DNA of 64,000 nt from Naegleria gruberi (lineage: Eukaryota). The position numbers were made by a program, and so were the translations under genes. The DNA is taken from assembly GCA_000004985.1 (NCBI GenBank), contig GG738881.1, one strand, 5' to 3'. The notes beneath the pieces are model-generated. The model had not been told where the DNA came from and did no database searches. It was given only the letters and a program-made list of their open reading frames with translations. Positions 32,283 through 43,588 of the stretch are shown here, in pieces; positions within the stretch are counted from its first letter, which is position 1, and each line of letters begins with the position of its first letter.

Positions 32283-34811
32283 TCATTTCAAATAGCAAGC
32301 ATCAAGATAGGTTGTACAAATTCGTTTCTGAAACAATTCTTCACTGAATTCACAGCAAAATCCACTTTTCATGGCAATTTCTTCTTTCATTTCAACTAGT
32401 GGCGAAAGTAATTGTTTTAGAAGGGCACATATTCCACATTCGTTTCGTTTCAGTGCTTCCAGAACCATTTCCAGATCCATAGTGATGCTAGCTTGATGAG
32501 TGATAAAGAATGAACATGAGAGTCCATTTCGTATAGCTTCTAAAATACAGAGATTGTCCTGGATTAGGTCATTTGAGGCGAAATAAATCGAATCTGCCTT
32601 ATTTCTAATGGCTGCAAGAACGACATCCCTATCATTTCGCATTTCAACTGATAGAAACTTTAACAAGTCACCTCTCAAACTAACAACTATCAAGGCAATT
32701 TCTTTACAATTTCTCACCCTTTCGGATGCTAATTCAATGACAGTTGGATCGGTCATGACAGCCAATTTCATTATTTCCAAATCATCTTTCAATATGGAGC
32801 ATGTATGCTTCAAAGGAATGATAGATTGCTTAACAGCTTCCAAAATAAATTCCCTGTCATTCTTGAATTTGCGTTTCAAATCGTCTGGAATGGAGAAGAA
32901 ATTGGTTTTCAAACCCGCCAATATAATTTCCTTGTCTGATCTTAAATTTTCATTAAGGAAATGGAATGACAACACTTCTGGATCGTTTTTGACTGATTCT
33001 AATACAATTTGTCTGTCTTGTTGTAATTTTGGAGAGGCAAATTCAAGGGAGCATCCACGATTTCTGACAGCTGTCAAGACTATTTCTCTATCTTGAACCA
33101 AATCTTCACACACAAATTCCAGTGCATCTCCCTCACTTTCCACAGCTTTCAAAACAACCTCTCTATCATTCCAAAAATCAGGGAAATATTCCAAATAATA
33201 TCCATTATACGAAACTGTTTCCAATGCAAAATCTCTATCCTCAATCAACATGGTTTCAATTTCACTGAAAATCTCAATCGGACATTCCTTAATTGCTTCC
33301 AACATGAACGATCGACTATTCCTCAAAAATAATGAAGCATCTTCCAGACATTGAGGATACAACCTTAATATTTTTAACATGAAAATTCTGTCATTCTTTT
33401 GTTTCATTGTAATGAGATGAAAGAATTGATAATTCGATTCGACTATCTGATATACGAAATCATTGTCTGTTTCCCAGGATTTGTTCCAAATTCTGGAAAT
33501 GAGTTGTTTGGAATTGAATGGTGAACTGTCAATTAGACAACTGATAATTTTGAAAATTTGTAAAACTAAATCTTGGTGTTGTTTCACATTGGTTTCGTCT
33601 AATAAATTATTGATGCATGAAAATAAAGTTGCTGAAAGCCCAGAGTTTGCTAATTTCGCTCCTTCTGCATGGGAAACAACCTTCAAAGTATGTGAAATTA
33701 TTTCTGTGAGGATTGACTTGTCATTTTTCAAATCTTTCGAAAGCCATTCCAAAATTTCGAATAACTTATTAAGCAATGATATTGCCGATTGTTCATTTGT
33801 AATTCTATTACATTCCAATCCGTTTTGTCTAATAGATTCAATAACAATCTCAATATCATTCACACATTCGTCCAATCTAAGAACAATCGAATAAGCTCCT
33901 CGTTTCACACATGTCAATGCCATCTTTCTCCATGAATAATTTTCATTACAATTATTGGCTATCTGCTTCATAGCTAACAAGATAATTTCTCTATCCTTAC
34001 TAAATTGAGAATCAATTACATATTCCATTACTCTTCCATTTTCTCTCACTGCATCCATTACAAAATTTCTATCACGACATAATTTCTCCTTTACCAATTT
34101 AAAAACTGTTGCATTATTCGAAAGGGCTTGAAGGGCAACTTGTCGATCGTATTGATAGTGATTTGAGAGAAGAGGTAAAATCAGTCCATTGTTTCGAACA
34201 CATTCGAATATAAACTCTCTATTCTTCATCAATTCCTTATTTACAAAACTAATAGCCTTTTCATTATTCTTGATAGATTCCAAAACAACATTTCGATCAT
34301 CATTGAAATTCTTCAACTCCTTCAATGCTAATCCATCCTTTCGTACAATTTGCAAGACGAAACTCTTCTTATGAATTTGATAAAGATTTCTCAAGGTTGC
34401 AACTGTTTGCCACGAATCAGGTTTACAAATTCTGAAAACTTTCTCCACAATTTCAAAATCATTTTCCAATAATTGTGGATGAATATTCTCCCACAATCGA
34501 TCTGCATCATTATTCGAATGTTTGTTCCGATCATGGAAATCATCAAGGAATTGCATGATATATTGTTTGTCCTTCGAGTATTCGATCGGAATGAAGTTTA
34601 GAATAGTAAATCGATTGATCAACCATTTGTATTTTCCCTTGCTTTGATTTTCGAATCGTTTCTTCAAATTCGAATACAAATAATGATCATTGTGATGATG
34701 CTGACTGAGAAAATCATAAAGGATGAGAACTACCAAATCATGATTGCATTGGTGCATTGTATTTGAACTTGGGAGTGATGCAAATACACTTTCTAATATT
34801 TTATTCGACAT
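32283..34811 (-). CDS. DUF4116-repeat protein (842 aa), paralogue of the gene at 22586..24514.
   Basis: Tandem repeats such as ..DREVVLKAVESEGDALEFVCEDLVQDREIVLTAVRNRGCSLEFASPKLQQDRQIVLESVKN.... Single exon. Confidence 0.8.
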   Translation of the reverse strand: MSNKILESVFASLPSSNTMHQCNHDLVVLILYDFLSQHHHNDHYLYSNLKKRFENQSKGKYKWLINRFTILNFIPIEYSKDKQYIMQFLDDFHDRNKHSNNDADRLWENIHPQLLENDFEIVEKVFRICKPDSWQTVATLRNLYQIHKKSFVLQIVRKDGLALKELKNFNDDRNVVLESIKNNEKAISFVNKELMKNREFIFECVRNNGLILPLLSNHYQYDRQVALQALSNNATVFKLVKEKLCRDRNFVMDAVRENGRVMEYVIDSQFSKDREIILLAMKQIANNCNENYSWRKMALTCVKRGAYSIVLRLDECVNDIEIVIESIRQNGLECNRITNEQSAISLLNKLFEILEWLSKDLKNDKSILTEIISHTLKVVSHAEGAKLANSGLSATLFSCINNLLDETNVKQHQDLVLQIFKIISCLIDSSPFNSKQLISRIWNKSWETDNDFVYQIVESNYQFFHLITMKQKNDRIFMLKILRLYPQCLEDASLFLRNSRSFMLEAIKECPIEIFSEIETMLIEDRDFALETVSYNGYYLEYFPDFWNDREVVLKAVESEGDALEFVCEDLVQDREIVLTAVRNRGCSLEFASPKLQQDRQIVLESVKNDPEVLSFHFLNENLRSDKEIILAGLKTNFFSIPDDLKRKFKNDREFILEAVKQSIIPLKHTCSILKDDLEIMKLAVMTDPTVIELASERVRNCKEIALIVVSLRGDLLKFLSVEMRNDRDVVLAAIRNKADSIYFASNDLIQDNLCILEAIRNGLSCSFFITHQASITMDLEMVLEALKRNECGICALLKQLLSPLVEMKEEIAMKSGFCCEFSEELFQKRICTTYLDACYLK

Positions 34812-34881
34812 AGTTAACCAATTATTTCGACCACCAAGAAAGGGGAACTAACAAGACTTCTATTCAGAAATATCAGAAACT

Positions 34882-37800
34882 TTATTCCAAAATCTTGAAT
34901 TGGAAACTATAATCCACAGGACTAAACTTGATATGGACATTGGCATAGGCCATTGTGAGTGATAAATCTTTTCTAATTTCTGCATCCCTTGGCAGCAAGT
35001 TAATCACCCAATTCATAACAGTTTCCTTATTATCTCCAAATAATCCTAAATGAGTTGCGAATATTGAAGGCAAAACAAGAACCTTAGTTTGTGGATTGAA
35101 ATTTGAATCATGAAGGAGAACGCCAGTTGCTTGTTGCCTCAATTGAGTTTTAACAAGCTCTGCATTATTGGGATAATAAATTCGAATAGGTGGTGAGGAG
35201 AATGAGCAATTACTGATAGCCAAACAATTCAATGGATCCTTTTGATAGACATCCAAAAGTAGTTTGTGTTTCTCTGTATTGGAAATGTTTCTTGAACTTG
35301 TCAATAGACATTGAATATCATCCAAAGAGAGTGGAATATTTCCAACACAATAAATTGGTTCCTTCATAAATCTTCTACGACTTGAAGTGTTGAGCATTGG
35401 ATAGAATCCTCCACGAATAAAACCATGCAACAACATGACGTGGTACAAGTTGATTAAAAAGACGGTAATCAAGTGTTTTTTGGTTTTCAAATGATCTAAA
35501 TCAATAGATTCCAACTTGTAGGTCAATTGGGTAAATTGTTCAAGTTTTTCCTCTTGATCTGCTAAAATAATAAATTCCTTTCCGAGTTTCAATTGTTTTC
35601 CCCATCCCATTCGTTCTTGACCATCTCCAGTTGTTTGTGTAATCCAATCAGAGGCTCTATAAATTTCCACAATCTTTTCCAATAACAGAACAGTCAATTC
35701 TACTGCTTGTTGAGCAGATAGAGTAGAAAGTGAGAGAATGTTGGAGTGAGTTTCAGAGAGGACTGATGTTGTTGATGGTGATTGTTCAACAACAGCAAAT
35801 ACATCATCTTCAAATAATTTGTCAGGTGTTTGTGGAATGCTAGTGGAAGCTGAAAGTGAATTGTCTGACGTGTCAACTGGTGAAGTAACAACTGGTAGAT
35901 CGATGGCTGTTTGTGGTGGACTTCCTGATGAGGTACTGGCAGCATCTTCATCATCTTCCTCAATTGGAATGGCCTCAACTCTGGTTGAATTGAAAACAGA
36001 CATGGAACGATAGTGAGCCGATTTCCCTTCAAACATGTTTGCTCCCTCATCTTGTTCAACTTCTTCAATGTACTGAGTTTCAACTCCCTCGACAACTGAA
36101 TCTAGTGGTTTGTTGAGCATGACACTCAATCCTCTTGTCTTTCTGAATTGAATTTCAGAATCACGTCTCTTTCTGAATTCTTCTTGTTGTTTCTTCAACT
36201 CCAATTGCACCTTGAACATTTGATCTAATTGTTCCCAATTCAATGTTTGCATATAATCGACAGCAATTTGAAGAGTGACCAGAGAATAACCCATAGGTCC
36301 CATCATGAGAGATTCGTGAACGAAATCTTCTAAAATCTTCAAATGACAATACAAATCTGGAATGGCTGCCTTGATCATGACAAAGATGAAAATTGGCATC
36401 AATGCATCAGCAGAAACTTCCTTTGGTTTTCCATAGTAATTTTTCACACAATCCACAATGGCCTTTGAGGTATTCATCAAAATTTTCATTTTACCATCAA
36501 TTAAACTATTGCTAGTTGAAATTTGAGAAAGAGTCTGAATGGCAAGGGCGTAATTTTCATCAGCTGTCTTGCCATTTCCTTCCAAACAATATTCATCTGC
36601 AATTTCCAAGTGTCTTGGTGTACAATCCTTCAATTCCGCATACTTTTGATTGACGAATGATGATTTCTCTGCTAGCTCTCTCCTGTACAATTCAAAAACG
36701 ATTGGGAAAATCTTATCGAAAAAGACATAGTCTACACATTGAGCAAAGAGTGGCTCCATCTCGTTCGGAACCACCTTCAAATTAACGTTATAATTCACAG
36801 CAGGTGTGATAATAATCTTTTGAACTTGTCTTGACATGACTTTGTACATTTCATCAAAGAATGTTGCAATCAGTGATTTGGCTCTTGAAGTAGCCACAAT
36901 CTTCTCCTCAGATGTTAACTTGTCAAAATATTCCAAAGAATAAGCTTGTAAGAACATGTCTGACTGTTGTGTAAGAACTCTATTAAAGAGACTGCCAGGA
37001 TTCTGACATTTGCTGAACAAGTGTCTGAAAATAATTTGTTCCTGTTCATCAACACTTTGACATTTGGCAATATCTGAATAAAAATCAGATTCAGAACCTT
37101 GCAACTCGATAATATCAGAAAACTTGATCAAAGAACTTTCCACAAATTCTTTCAAAGTTTTCAATTTTTTACCCATCACTGATTCAAATTCCAAAATATC
37201 AGATGAATAGTCGATGGCATCGCTGTCCTTTGCAAATGTTAAATAATAGACCATCTCCTTCTTGATAGCTCTATGCTCGAAAATTTCCTTGTGATCAGTG
37301 CACAGACATGGGAATGCCTTATTGATATCGATGGCAGCACAGGAAACAGGTTTCTTCAGAACTTCAGACAAGATTCGAGAAATTTCACGGAAACTAGCTT
37401 TTGTACCATGAGCTACAAAGTTCTTGATCATTTGTTCCGAGTCAACCTTGATTGTTTTCATCAGGTGAAGAATAAAATCAATGACATCATCTCCATCACA
37501 CCATTCCAATCTTTCATTCAGAGTGTCTATGGTAGAAGAGGTTGGAAGGGACATTGAGGAATAGGTTTGAAGTTCAGAGCCAGACAAGGTTGCTAGAGTT
37601 TGATACAACCAACCAAATTCTATAAATGTATAAGCTACAGGGCACTTTCTCGATAAATAAATGGAAACTTGGGTGAGGAAATCCTGACATATTCTCTTCG
37701 TTGCAGAATCGTACAACAAAAAGATGTGTTTCAGTTTGGTAGATCTGGCTGCATTGTCCATAATCTTCTTAAAAGCATCCAAATCAAACCACTTATTAAG

Positions 37801-39282
37801 CAGATATTTGGCCTTGATAAAGAAGATTAATTTCTCACTTTGCATGACTGCATCACTGGCATATTCGACGAATTTCTCATTCAGGATGTGTTTGGTTTTA
37901 CTCTCTACATAGTCCTCTCCCTCCAGATCCATCACAGATCCAGAACGAGAAGCTCTGAAAGGAACATTAATCATGCTGGAATTGGCAAGAATGTCTTCTG
38001 TTCTACGTCTTCTCTGATCTTCTGAAATTTGAGATCTCAAATTGACCTCAACTGTTTTCTTTTCCTTCTCATAGTCAAATATGATATATTGAGCCGTTTT
38101 GAATGGATAGTCTGGAATTTCCTTCTTTGAAAAGATGATATTCTTTGAAATGAAATTCATATCATGGAGGGCATGTAAGAGTTTCGATTGGATAAAGTGA
38201 ATAGAACCAATCATACAAATGCATGGATTGTGATCTTGGAATGTTTCCAATTCTCTCTCGATAAAGTTGTCAAAAATAGTGGCTGCAGAACCTTTCAGTT
38301 CAAGTAAATCTGAAAAGACAGTGGCTGCTAAACCTTCATCATAAATTGTCGAGTAGACACTGTGTAAGGCATCACATTCCCACTTTCCTAATCCCTTCAA
38401 GTTCATTAATCTATTCATGGAAACATCTCGATCAACTACCTTGTACTCCACTGGAACGTTGGTCTTTTTAGAGAACTTTTTAATGACATCTAAAATGGTT
38501 AAGGATTCGGGACCTGACATGACATAGGTGTGCATCTTTCTATCATTGGAATTTTTGGATTTGTCTTGTTTTTGAATATTAGAATTGACTTGGAAGAGAA
38601 TGTTCATAACGGTGGTACAAATGGCAAGACCAACATCACGAGCATCGACCCATGAAACTCTCTTCTTGATAGTATCCTCTTTTTCCTTCAAATCTCCAAA
38701 TGGGAAATAGAATGTTCTTGTTTTTTCATCATAGAACAAAAGAAAATCTTGCATAGTTCCATTATATCTGAATATCGTACATGAATTTCCGAAATATGAT
38801 TTAACAGTTTGTTCACATTGCAAATGATCATCAAACATTTGTGGAAGAATGACATCCTGTTCATCGAGTCCACCACTCACCACTGGAAAATATTTTGAAC
38901 ACAAAATGAATGAATCAATACTCAATTGGAGTGAGAAATTAATGGCTTGATTCATATCTTCTAGGATACGTTCGCCATCCATTGGCACGTGAACAATGGC
39001 TGCAATGTGATATTGACGTGTAGTGATTTGTTCCACCAATGAAATGGTTTCAAAATTACGAAATCCTCCCTCCAAACAAATGACTTGAGCTCCATAACTT
39101 TTCAATAAATTTTCCTTTAAATTTCCATTGTGAATGGCTGAATTCTTTCTTGATGATGATGAATTGTTTTGTTGTTGAGTTTTTAATGTTCTGGAAGGAT
39201 AATAAATAGCAATGACACGAATCTTTCTCAATAGAAGTGATTTTACAACTTCAATACCAACATTGGATGTTGCATTTGTCAC
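34882..39282 (-). CDS. Large multidomain protein (1466 aa): N-terminal NmrA-like NAD(P)-binding domain, central VPS9 (Rab5-family GEF) domain, C-terminal DUF547.
   Basis: NmrA-like: GIEVVKSLLLRKIRVIAIYYPSR...GAQVICLEGGFRNFETISLV...IAAIVHVP. VPS9: YALAIQTLSQI...ADALMPIFIFVMIKAAIPDLYCHLKILEDFVHESLMMGPMGYSLVTLQIAVDYMQTL. DUF547: HLKTKKHLITVFLINLYHVMLLHGFIRGGF...YCVGNIPLSLDDIQCLL. No introns are needed. Confidence 0.8.
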   Translation of the reverse strand: MTNATSNVGIEVVKSLLLRKIRVIAIYYPSRTLKTQQQNNSSSSRKNSAIHNGNLKENLLKSYGAQVICLEGGFRNFETISLVEQITTRQYHIAAIVHVPMDGERILEDMNQAINFSLQLSIDSFILCSKYFPVVSGGLDEQDVILPQMFDDHLQCEQTVKSYFGNSCTIFRYNGTMQDFLLFYDEKTRTFYFPFGDLKEKEDTIKKRVSWVDARDVGLAICTTVMNILFQVNSNIQKQDKSKNSNDRKMHTYVMSGPESLTILDVIKKFSKKTNVPVEYKVVDRDVSMNRLMNLKGLGKWECDALHSVYSTIYDEGLAATVFSDLLELKGSAATIFDNFIERELETFQDHNPCICMIGSIHFIQSKLLHALHDMNFISKNIIFSKKEIPDYPFKTAQYIIFDYEKEKKTVEVNLRSQISEDQRRRRTEDILANSSMINVPFRASRSGSVMDLEGEDYVESKTKHILNEKFVEYASDAVMQSEKLIFFIKAKYLLNKWFDLDAFKKIMDNAARSTKLKHIFLLYDSATKRICQDFLTQVSIYLSRKCPVAYTFIEFGWLYQTLATLSGSELQTYSSMSLPTSSTIDTLNERLEWCDGDDVIDFILHLMKTIKVDSEQMIKNFVAHGTKASFREISRILSEVLKKPVSCAAIDINKAFPCLCTDHKEIFEHRAIKKEMVYYLTFAKDSDAIDYSSDILEFESVMGKKLKTLKEFVESSLIKFSDIIELQGSESDFYSDIAKCQSVDEQEQIIFRHLFSKCQNPGSLFNRVLTQQSDMFLQAYSLEYFDKLTSEEKIVATSRAKSLIATFFDEMYKVMSRQVQKIIITPAVNYNVNLKVVPNEMEPLFAQCVDYVFFDKIFPIVFELYRRELAEKSSFVNQKYAELKDCTPRHLEIADEYCLEGNGKTADENYALAIQTLSQISTSNSLIDGKMKILMNTSKAIVDCVKNYYGKPKEVSADALMPIFIFVMIKAAIPDLYCHLKILEDFVHESLMMGPMGYSLVTLQIAVDYMQTLNWEQLDQMFKVQLELKKQQEEFRKRRDSEIQFRKTRGLSVMLNKPLDSVVEGVETQYIEEVEQDEGANMFEGKSAHYRSMSVFNSTRVEAIPIEEDDEDAASTSSGSPPQTAIDLPVVTSPVDTSDNSLSASTSIPQTPDKLFEDDVFAVVEQSPSTTSVLSETHSNILSLSTLSAQQAVELTVLLLEKIVEIYRASDWITQTTGDGQERMGWGKQLKLGKEFIILADQEEKLEQFTQLTYKLESIDLDHLKTKKHLITVFLINLYHVMLLHGFIRGGFYPMLNTSSRRRFMKEPIYCVGNIPLSLDDIQCLLTSSRNISNTEKHKLLLDVYQKDPLNCLAISNCSFSSPPIRIYYPNNAELVKTQLRQQATGVLLHDSNFNPQTKVLVLPSIFATHLGLFGDNKETVMNWVINLLPRDAEIRKDLSLTMAYANVHIKFSPVDYSFQFKILE

Positions 39283-39388
39283 AACTGTATTTAAATTTCA
39301 TTAATTTTCATCAAATTTAAATTCATATCCAATTTAAATCAATTTTAGTAAATTCACATTCAAATATATTAATAATAAAATTAACAAA

Positions 39389-40476
39389 TTAAATAGAAAA
39401 ATAAAACTCACCAACAGCAACACTCTTCTTCACTGCAGTAGATGATTTCATTTCCTGTTGTTGTTGTGTAGGTCCAAATGGTGAAGAACTTGTCATGGGA
39501 TTTTGACCACCTGCTCTGGTTCGTGTCCTCATTCTCGAACGAACGTGTTGAGTGGCAGCACGTTTCAATTTTTGTGCCCAATCCTCTCTCTCATCATCTG
39601 TATCTTCGGAACACAATTGGAATGTGTAGGATCTCTCGCTAAACACTTTATCCTTGCTATATGACTGTTTTTCATCATGATTTTTACATGATTTTCATCA
39701 ATTCATTAAATTCACATTGAAATAGTTGATGTGTGTGTGAATTTTTTGTGTTTGTTCAAATCAGAACAGTACAATACAGTAATCATAACATTATGGAGTA
39801 ATGCATACCATATTAAAATCCGTTCGAGTAAGGGGCGCACAAATTGTTGAATTTTGCAATTTTCAACAACATTCATCAAAATTGTTGCATTGCAAAACGG
39901 GCCATTCATCAATTCATTAACATCAACATCATCATATGAATATAATAGCATGAATAATAACAATAATAATTCAATTATTATTATTATAATTTAAATCAAA
40001 TAACAACAAACCTTTTCACACTTGACATGAAACATTCTCCTATTCTTCTCATCCAAAACAATACTTCCATTCTGTAATTGCAACACGCCAATAACTTTGG
40101 ATTGTTCGGGTAGACCAGATGTTGAAGATGATGATGAATCCGAAGAAACTTTCTTGTATATTAAAATGTCATCAATTAGAACGAAGAGTCGTTTCTTCCA
40201 GGATTTCCATTTCATTCCCTGTTTCATCAGGTATCCACTCTTCACAATACAATGCTGATTCTGTGAAGAGGATGAGGAAGGAGATGAAGCACTTTGCGAG
40301 ATTGATGGCAAATCTCCATGTGAATTTAATCCATATTTGGCGAGGACGAATTGAAGTTCTGTTGTTGAGGAGGATGAAGATTTAGTTGTTGCTTTTCTTC
40401 TTGGAGTAATTCCACCATTGCCTCCTCCTGATGATGATGAACCTCCCAAGTGATGATGTTCTGGGAGGGATGTCAT
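39389..40476 (-). CDS. PH-domain protein. Probably two exons (40476..about 40012 and about 39669..39389) joined across an intron of about 340 nt.
   Basis: Exon 1 has a Ser/Gly-rich N-terminus, then IVKSGYLMKQGMKWKSWKKRLFVLIDDILIYKK...VIGVLQLQNGSIVLDEKNRRMFHVKCEK|GTTTGT. The downstream ORF supplies ...RSYTFQLCSEDTDDEREDWAQKLKRA, the C-terminal strand and helix of a PH fold, behind an ...AAAAACAG acceptor. The GTTTGT donor is atypical, but the same donor is used in the lariat-debranching-enzyme gene of this window. Confidence 0.55.
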
Positions 40477-41100
40477 TTTTTTTTTGATTTTCAACGAAGG
40501 TTGACGTGTTGTGTGAGGATGTTAGATTTGTTGTGGAATGATTTTGGGTTGGACTGTTGAGGCGACAACCACGAATCAAATAAGTTTGTAACAGAATGTT
40601 TGAAAGATTAGATTTTTCTTGATTTATCAAAGGAGAGAAACAAACTTGAAAAATACACACTTTGTGTTAGAGGAATTTTTATTACTCATCAAGTGACTTG
40701 TATCCACAATATTAATAATATTACACACCTTTTCTACATTGATTGAAACACTGTCGACAACATTGAGAACATCTTGTTTGTATTTTCCTCAGAGAATAAA
40801 CAGGATGATTAGAAATATAACATGACTGGCCATTAAATTACTACTTTAATTTTATACTTTAGGAATTGATATTGTATCAGTCAATTTGTGTTGCAATCTG
40901 ATCTAATCAAAATTAGGACAATCACTTTCTGGTCTGTCTAGTAAATTGATCCATGTGCAACTCATAGCCAAGGTTAATTGCAAGACAGTGTTTGGTCCAT
41001 TGTGTAATTCCATCCGACTTTTTGTAATAAAACTTCCTAATGGTCCTGTGTGGCTATCTTTCTTACAATGTAAAAATTACGGAATTTAAAATTCAAAAAA

Positions 41101-42271
41101 ATGTCTCTTCTCAAATCCATTACCGAACCTCTCAGTAACGCTTTCGCTACTCTCTCTCCACTTCAACAGAAGGCATCATTGGGTGTATTATTGGGATCTG
41201 CTCTTTATTTAGGAAGAAAATATTTCAAGGGACCATATGTTTCTTCACAATTATTGCAAAGTGATTTGAGTGGACAAGTTGTATTGGTAACAGGTGCCTC
41301 AAAGGGTGGAATTGGTTATGAGACTGTCAAGAGTTTGTATCAATTGGGAGCAATTGTTGTGATGGCTGTGAGAAATGTTGAAAGAGGTGAAGTGGAAAAG
41401 AAGGAATTAGTGGAATTGTGTGGTGGAAAGAAGGTTGGAAAATTGATTGTAATGAAATTGGATTTGGAAGATTTGGAATCTGTTAGAGAGTTTTCACGTC
41501 AATTTTTGAAGGATTTCACTCGATTGGACATTCTTGTCAATAATGCAGGTCTTGCCCAAGGTCCAGGTGTTTCCAAACAACAAATTGTAAGTAGTACCAT
41601 CATTTATTTTCGTGTTAATGAAACATGTCAGGAACTCCATTTTGCAGTGAATCATCTAGGCCACTTCTTATTGGTTCGCTTCTTGAAAGATCTCATCCAA
41701 GAGACTAGTGTCAAGTATTCTAAACAATGTAAGGTTATCAATGTTTCAAGTGAGGCTCATTATAGAGTCATAACAGAAAATGACATCCTCGATGCTGACA
41801 AATTGGTCAATCAAGATGGTTCTAATCTTCCAATGTTATTTGCTTATGGTCATTCCAAGTTTTGTAATGTTATCTTTACCAAATCATTGGCTAGATATTT
41901 TAAACAAGATCCAAAGGCAAATGTTGGTTGTTACTCTCTCCATCCTGGTATGTTTTTTAATACTTTTAAATTGTTTACAAACATATTTGAATATTACAAA
42001 AGGTGTTGTCTCTACCAATGTATTCAGACATTCCCCAACAATTGTTCGTGGTATCTTGTCAATGCTTAGTTTGTACTTTTTGAAAACTCCAGAATCTGGA
42101 GCTCAAACTCAAATCTTCTTAGCACTTGAGAAGAATGAAAAACTCTCCAATGGAGGTTACTACAAGGATTGTTCCGCACGTGAGGTAAGACCAGTGGCCA
42201 ACAGTGAAAATGTTCAAGACAGATTGTGGACTTTGAGTGAGAATTTGTGTAAAGATTTTGCCTCTCTCTAA
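41101..42271 (+). CDS. Short-chain dehydrogenase/reductase, retinol-dehydrogenase (RDH11/12)-like. Three exons: 41101..41586, 41632..41947 and 42003..42271.
   Basis: TGASKGGIGYE Rossmann motif and ...LVNNAGL.... A 45-nt in-frame GTAAGT...GTCAG intron has to be removed to restore the spacing to ELHFAVNHLGHFLL. The catalytic YGHSK motif is present. Exon 2 ends HPG|GTATGT. After a 55-nt intron, exon 3 gives VVSTNVFRHS...SGAQTQIFLAL...GGYYKDC. Confidence 0.8.
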
Positions 42272-42352
42272 TTGATCTAATTGATATTAAAAATTATTAA
42301 GGTTAATATTCTGAATGCCATGACATTACACTTTTGAATATCAACAGTGTAA

Positions 42353-42439
42353 CCGATGATAGCTCAGCTGGTAGAGCATGGGACTGTAGCAAGAAAAACT
42401 GTCATCCTGTGGTCGGCGGTTCGATTCCGTCTCATCGGA
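42353..42439 (+). tRNA. tRNA-Tyr (anticodon GTA) with a 14-nt intron 3' of the anticodon.
   Basis: CCGATGATAGCTCAGCTGGTAGAGCATGGGACTGTAG[caagaaaaactgtc]ATCCTGTGGTCGGCGGTTCGATTCCGTCTCATCGGA. The exons are near-identical to the conserved eukaryotic tRNA-Tyr. A TCTTTTT terminator follows. It lies 80 bp downstream of the SDR stop codon. Confidence 0.9.
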
Positions 42440-42845
42440 TCTTTTTATCTCTTTTACATTATTATTCTTTCAATTGCCAAATAAGCAAATGCTACTATTG
42501 AGACATTAATTGATATTTTACAGTGGATTTACTACCTTCTTTTCTGCGCATTCATGTAAAACAAAGGAGAAGGAATGGATCAAATAATGAAATTTACGAT
42601 GTAAACACTAAGAGTAACACTCTAAAACACCACCAAAACATGTTCTCCTTATTATCTTGAGTGAAAAAGAAATCAAGAACGAATCCTCTTCCATCAGGAG
42701 AGCGAAAAAGCCAAGCTTCCAATCCAGAAGTATTTCTCCATAAAAATCAACCTTTGCAACCAATTCTATACTGGAGAGTTTCCAGCGCTAAATATTAACA
42801 AGAAGAAAATACAAGAAGAAATATATATATTGGATCATTAGAACA

Positions 42846-43139
42846 ATGAAAAACTTCTTCTCCTCGCGATCTATTGATTCCAAAAGGCTATTCTCTGAAG
42901 ATTTGGATGATGATGCAACATCACAAAGTAGTAGCAATTTAGCAACGAGTCCAATGCCAACTACACCAATTAAATCTTCATCACAACCATCAAATAATAA
43001 TAATAACCAGCGACATCCTCATCATAAGATGCAAGCCATCAATCCGGAAGATATCTTTGAATTGAGAGTGCAACAACAACACAGCAACAACAAATTGTTC
43101 CATCATTACATTCCGAGACTACCAACACAACAGTGGTAA
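42846..43139 (+). CDS. Ser/Asn/Gln-rich ORF ending at a GTAAGA/GTAAGT donor. It is possibly a 5' coding exon of the PP2C gene, or an independent small gene.
   Basis: The 97-aa ORF terminates exactly where CAGTG|GTAAGAGAAAGAAAG|GTAAGTTTT donor-like motifs occur. No domain is recognised. Confidence 0.25.
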   Translation: MKNFFSSRSIDSKRLFSEDLDDDATSQSSSNLATSPMPTTPIKSSSQPSNNNNNQRHPHHKMQAINPEDIFELRVQQQHSNNKLFHHYIPRLPTQQW

Positions 43140-43588
43140 GAGAAAGAAAGGTAAGTTTTACATTTCATCTTGAAAGCTAAAATTATTTAAAATTAAAATT
43201 ATTTTAAATCTAAATTTAATATTATTATTTTCAACTTCACCTTCACACATGAATGCAATCTAACTATTAATACCCTAAATATGTTCTGATATTTGAATAT
43301 TCATCAATTATGAATCTTTACAAAACACTGGAATCGCGAATTATTTCCTCGCTATTGGATTTTTAAAAAAAACAACAATTTTAATTAACCAACCACGGAA
43401 ACAATACTTCGGTTGATACAACCACAACAACAACAACATATTAATATCATCACCATCATCAAATTAAATATATTAATAACAACAATATATTTCTGGTGAT
43501 CAAAAAATTGTAAATACTTTAAATCATCTGGACAAAATAGTCATTAAGAGACCTTATAGAAGAAGAACATTCACGAATACAAACACAA

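Noticed and set aside
40382-40660. Minus-strand 92-aa ORF upstream of the PH-domain gene.
   Set aside because: It lies in the 5' flanking region and overlaps the N-terminal coding part in another frame. The translation is low-complexity.
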